Assembly (NCBI RefSeq): GCF_964204645.1
Contig: NC_134027.1
Span: 12,742,485 to 12,806,484, forward strand
From: Tubulanus polymorphus
Taxonomy: Eukaryota; Animalia; Nemertea
Direction of reading: 5' to 3'
Length of the DNA: 64,000 nucleotides
A program made the position numbers and the translations under genes. The first letter of the stretch is position 1. Each line of letters starts with the position of its first letter. Shown in pieces: positions 62,201 to 64,000 of this stretch. The notes below the pieces were generated by a model, which had not been told where the DNA came from, did not search any database, and saw only the letters and a list, made by a program, of their open reading frames with translations.

Positions 62201-64000
62201 CAAAAAGAAGAATTGTCGCGGGCGATAAAACCAAAATAATGAATTGTCGCGGGCGATAAAACCAAAATAATGAATTGTCGCGGGTGACAAAACCAAAATA
62301 ATGAATTGTTGCGGGCGACAAAACCAAAATGGTGAATTGTCGCGGGCGACAAAACCAAAATGGTGAATTGTCGCGGGCGATAAAACCAAAATATTGAATT
62401 GCCGCGGGCGACAAAAAAAAAAATTGTCGCGGGCGACAAAAACAAAATATAAAACCAAAATAATGAATTGTCGCGGGCGACAAAACCAAAAAGAAGAATT
62501 GTCGCAGGCGACAAAACCAAAATAATGAATTGTCGCTGGCGATAAAACCAAAGTATTGAATTGTCGTGGGCGATAAAACCAAAATATTGAATTTTCGCGG
62601 GCGACAAAACCAAAATAATGAATTGTCGCCGGCGATAAAACCAAAATAATGAATTATCGCGGGCGATAAAACCAAAATATTGAATTGTTGCGGGCGATTA
62701 AATCAAAATAATGAATTGTCGCGGGCAACAAAACCAAAATATTGAATTGTCGCGGGCGACAAAACCAAAAAAAAAATTGTCGCGGGCGACTAAAACAAAA
62801 TATAAAACCAAAATAATGAATTGTCGCGGGCGATAAAACCAAAATAATGAATTGTCGCGGGTGACAAAACCAAAATAATGAATTGTTGCGGGCGACAAAA
62901 CCAAAATGGTGAATTGTCGCGGGCGACAAAACCAAAATGGTGAATTGTCGCGGGCGATAAAACCAAAATATTGAATTGTCGCGGGCGACAAAAAAAAAAA
63001 TTGTCGCGGGCGACAAAAACAAAATATAAAACCAAAATAATGAATTGTCGCGGGCGACAAAACCAAAAAGAAGAATTGTCGCAGGCGACAAAACCAAAAT
63101 AATGAATTGTCGCTGGCGATAAAACCAAAGTATTGAATTGTCGTGGGCGATAAAACCAAAATATTGAATTTTCGCGGGCGACAAAACCAAAATAATGAAT
63201 TGTCGCGGGCGATAAAACCAAAATATTGAATTGTCGCGTGTGACAAAACCAAAATAATGAATTGTCGCGGGCGACAAAATCAAAATCATTGTTTTCTCGC
63301 GTTATTTTAGTTTTGTCGTTTTGTCGTAATGTCGCCCTCATTTGCATATTCGTGTTTTTTTTTATCTTATCAGCCACCATACTAAAGCCTTAAGGTCGCG
63401 TAAAACTCGATAAACACTTCAAGCGACACAGCGAACGATCTCCTTTCCCCCACAGCCAACGCTTAACCTAGTAGAGGCTACTAGCCTATGTAGGCCTATG
63501 TATATGCGTAGGCCTAACATCCGGACAGATTGGTCGTAGGCCTATTGAATAACAACCCACCTAAATATCGTAAATTTTGTTTTGAAGTTCAATCCAATGA
63601 GTCCGTTAATAAACGCAACAATTATACTGTGTTTGTTTGTTTGTTTGAGTAAAGCTCAGTACCGGTAGGCCTAAAGCCGCGTCAAACTCGATAAACACTT
63701 CAAGCGACACAGCGAACGATCCCTTTCCCCCACAGCGAACGCTTACTCCGAATGTCAAGTGTGAGTCCAGCATACGGAAAGGATTGTGTTATATACTTGT
63801 ATTTAGTAAATACCTTGTGGATTTGACAATGATCGGTATGTACTGTAGGAAATAGGCCTATAGAGTATTGATAAATGGTTGAAGCCCGCGGCCGAATAAA
63901 GTAATATATTCTTTTATTTTGATACCTCGTCGACATAACAGCTTTTCTCCGCCTTATCTCTTCGGCCTGTTTAGTTTAGGCCTACGATTCCCCGGTACAC

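Larger units (their letters stand above)
29123..64000. repeat. Composite tandem array built on a 31-bp satellite (consensus AAAACCAAAATAATGAATTGTCGCGGGCGAY)
   Basis: Hundreds of head-to-tail units in blocks (e.g. 32105-34560, 37555-41410, 47320-48120, 51410-52115, 60650-63280), interleaved with recurring non-satellite modules. Confidence 0.97.

Noticed and set aside
32105-63280. CRISPR array (31-bp palindromic repeats)
   Set aside because: Units are head-to-tail with no unique spacers, there are no cas genes, and the context is eukaryotic.
29464-63380. Dozens of minus-strand ORFs (VLSPATIHYFGFIARDNSLFWFCRPRQF...)
   Set aside because: Artefact of a 31-bp unit lacking stops on one strand; all three frames give the same cyclic peptide.

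Overview
Animal (probably marine invertebrate) repeat-rich DNA with no recognisable host gene. Bases 1-29.1 kb are a nest of three related Polinton/Maverick (polintovirus, group-2 pPolB) copies. A full-length but decayed 20,953-bp element (1923-22875, AGT...ACT ends, 6-bp TSD ATCATA) sits inside the major capsid gene of an older relative. That relative is also hit by a BEL/Pao-like LTR element, whose gag is in turn hit by a third, internally deleted Polinton. The full element carries a 2.2-kb TIR DNA transposon with a RAG1-N/ZAD-like zinc-finger remnant. Bases 29.1-64 kb are a composite tandem array: a 31-bp palindromic satellite, eight HINE/pearl-like Helentron copies with ~155-bp internal repeats, and seven copies of a LINE RT relic, amplified together in 1.5-6.7 kb units. 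The most unusual signals are in the Polinton family. Each ~469-bp TIR starts with a 410-bp strand-biased fold-back capped by GNA mini-hairpins. Almost every gene starts at a poxvirus-late-like TAAATG, in two apparent promoter classes. It has an NCLDV-type HNH nuclease and several membrane proteins but no visible maturation protease, and a 41-bp hairpin sits in frame in two unrelated genes. Together these suggest, as inference only, an integrating virus that may depend on a cytoplasmic large DNA virus. All family assignments come from motif recognition by eye; no searches were run.
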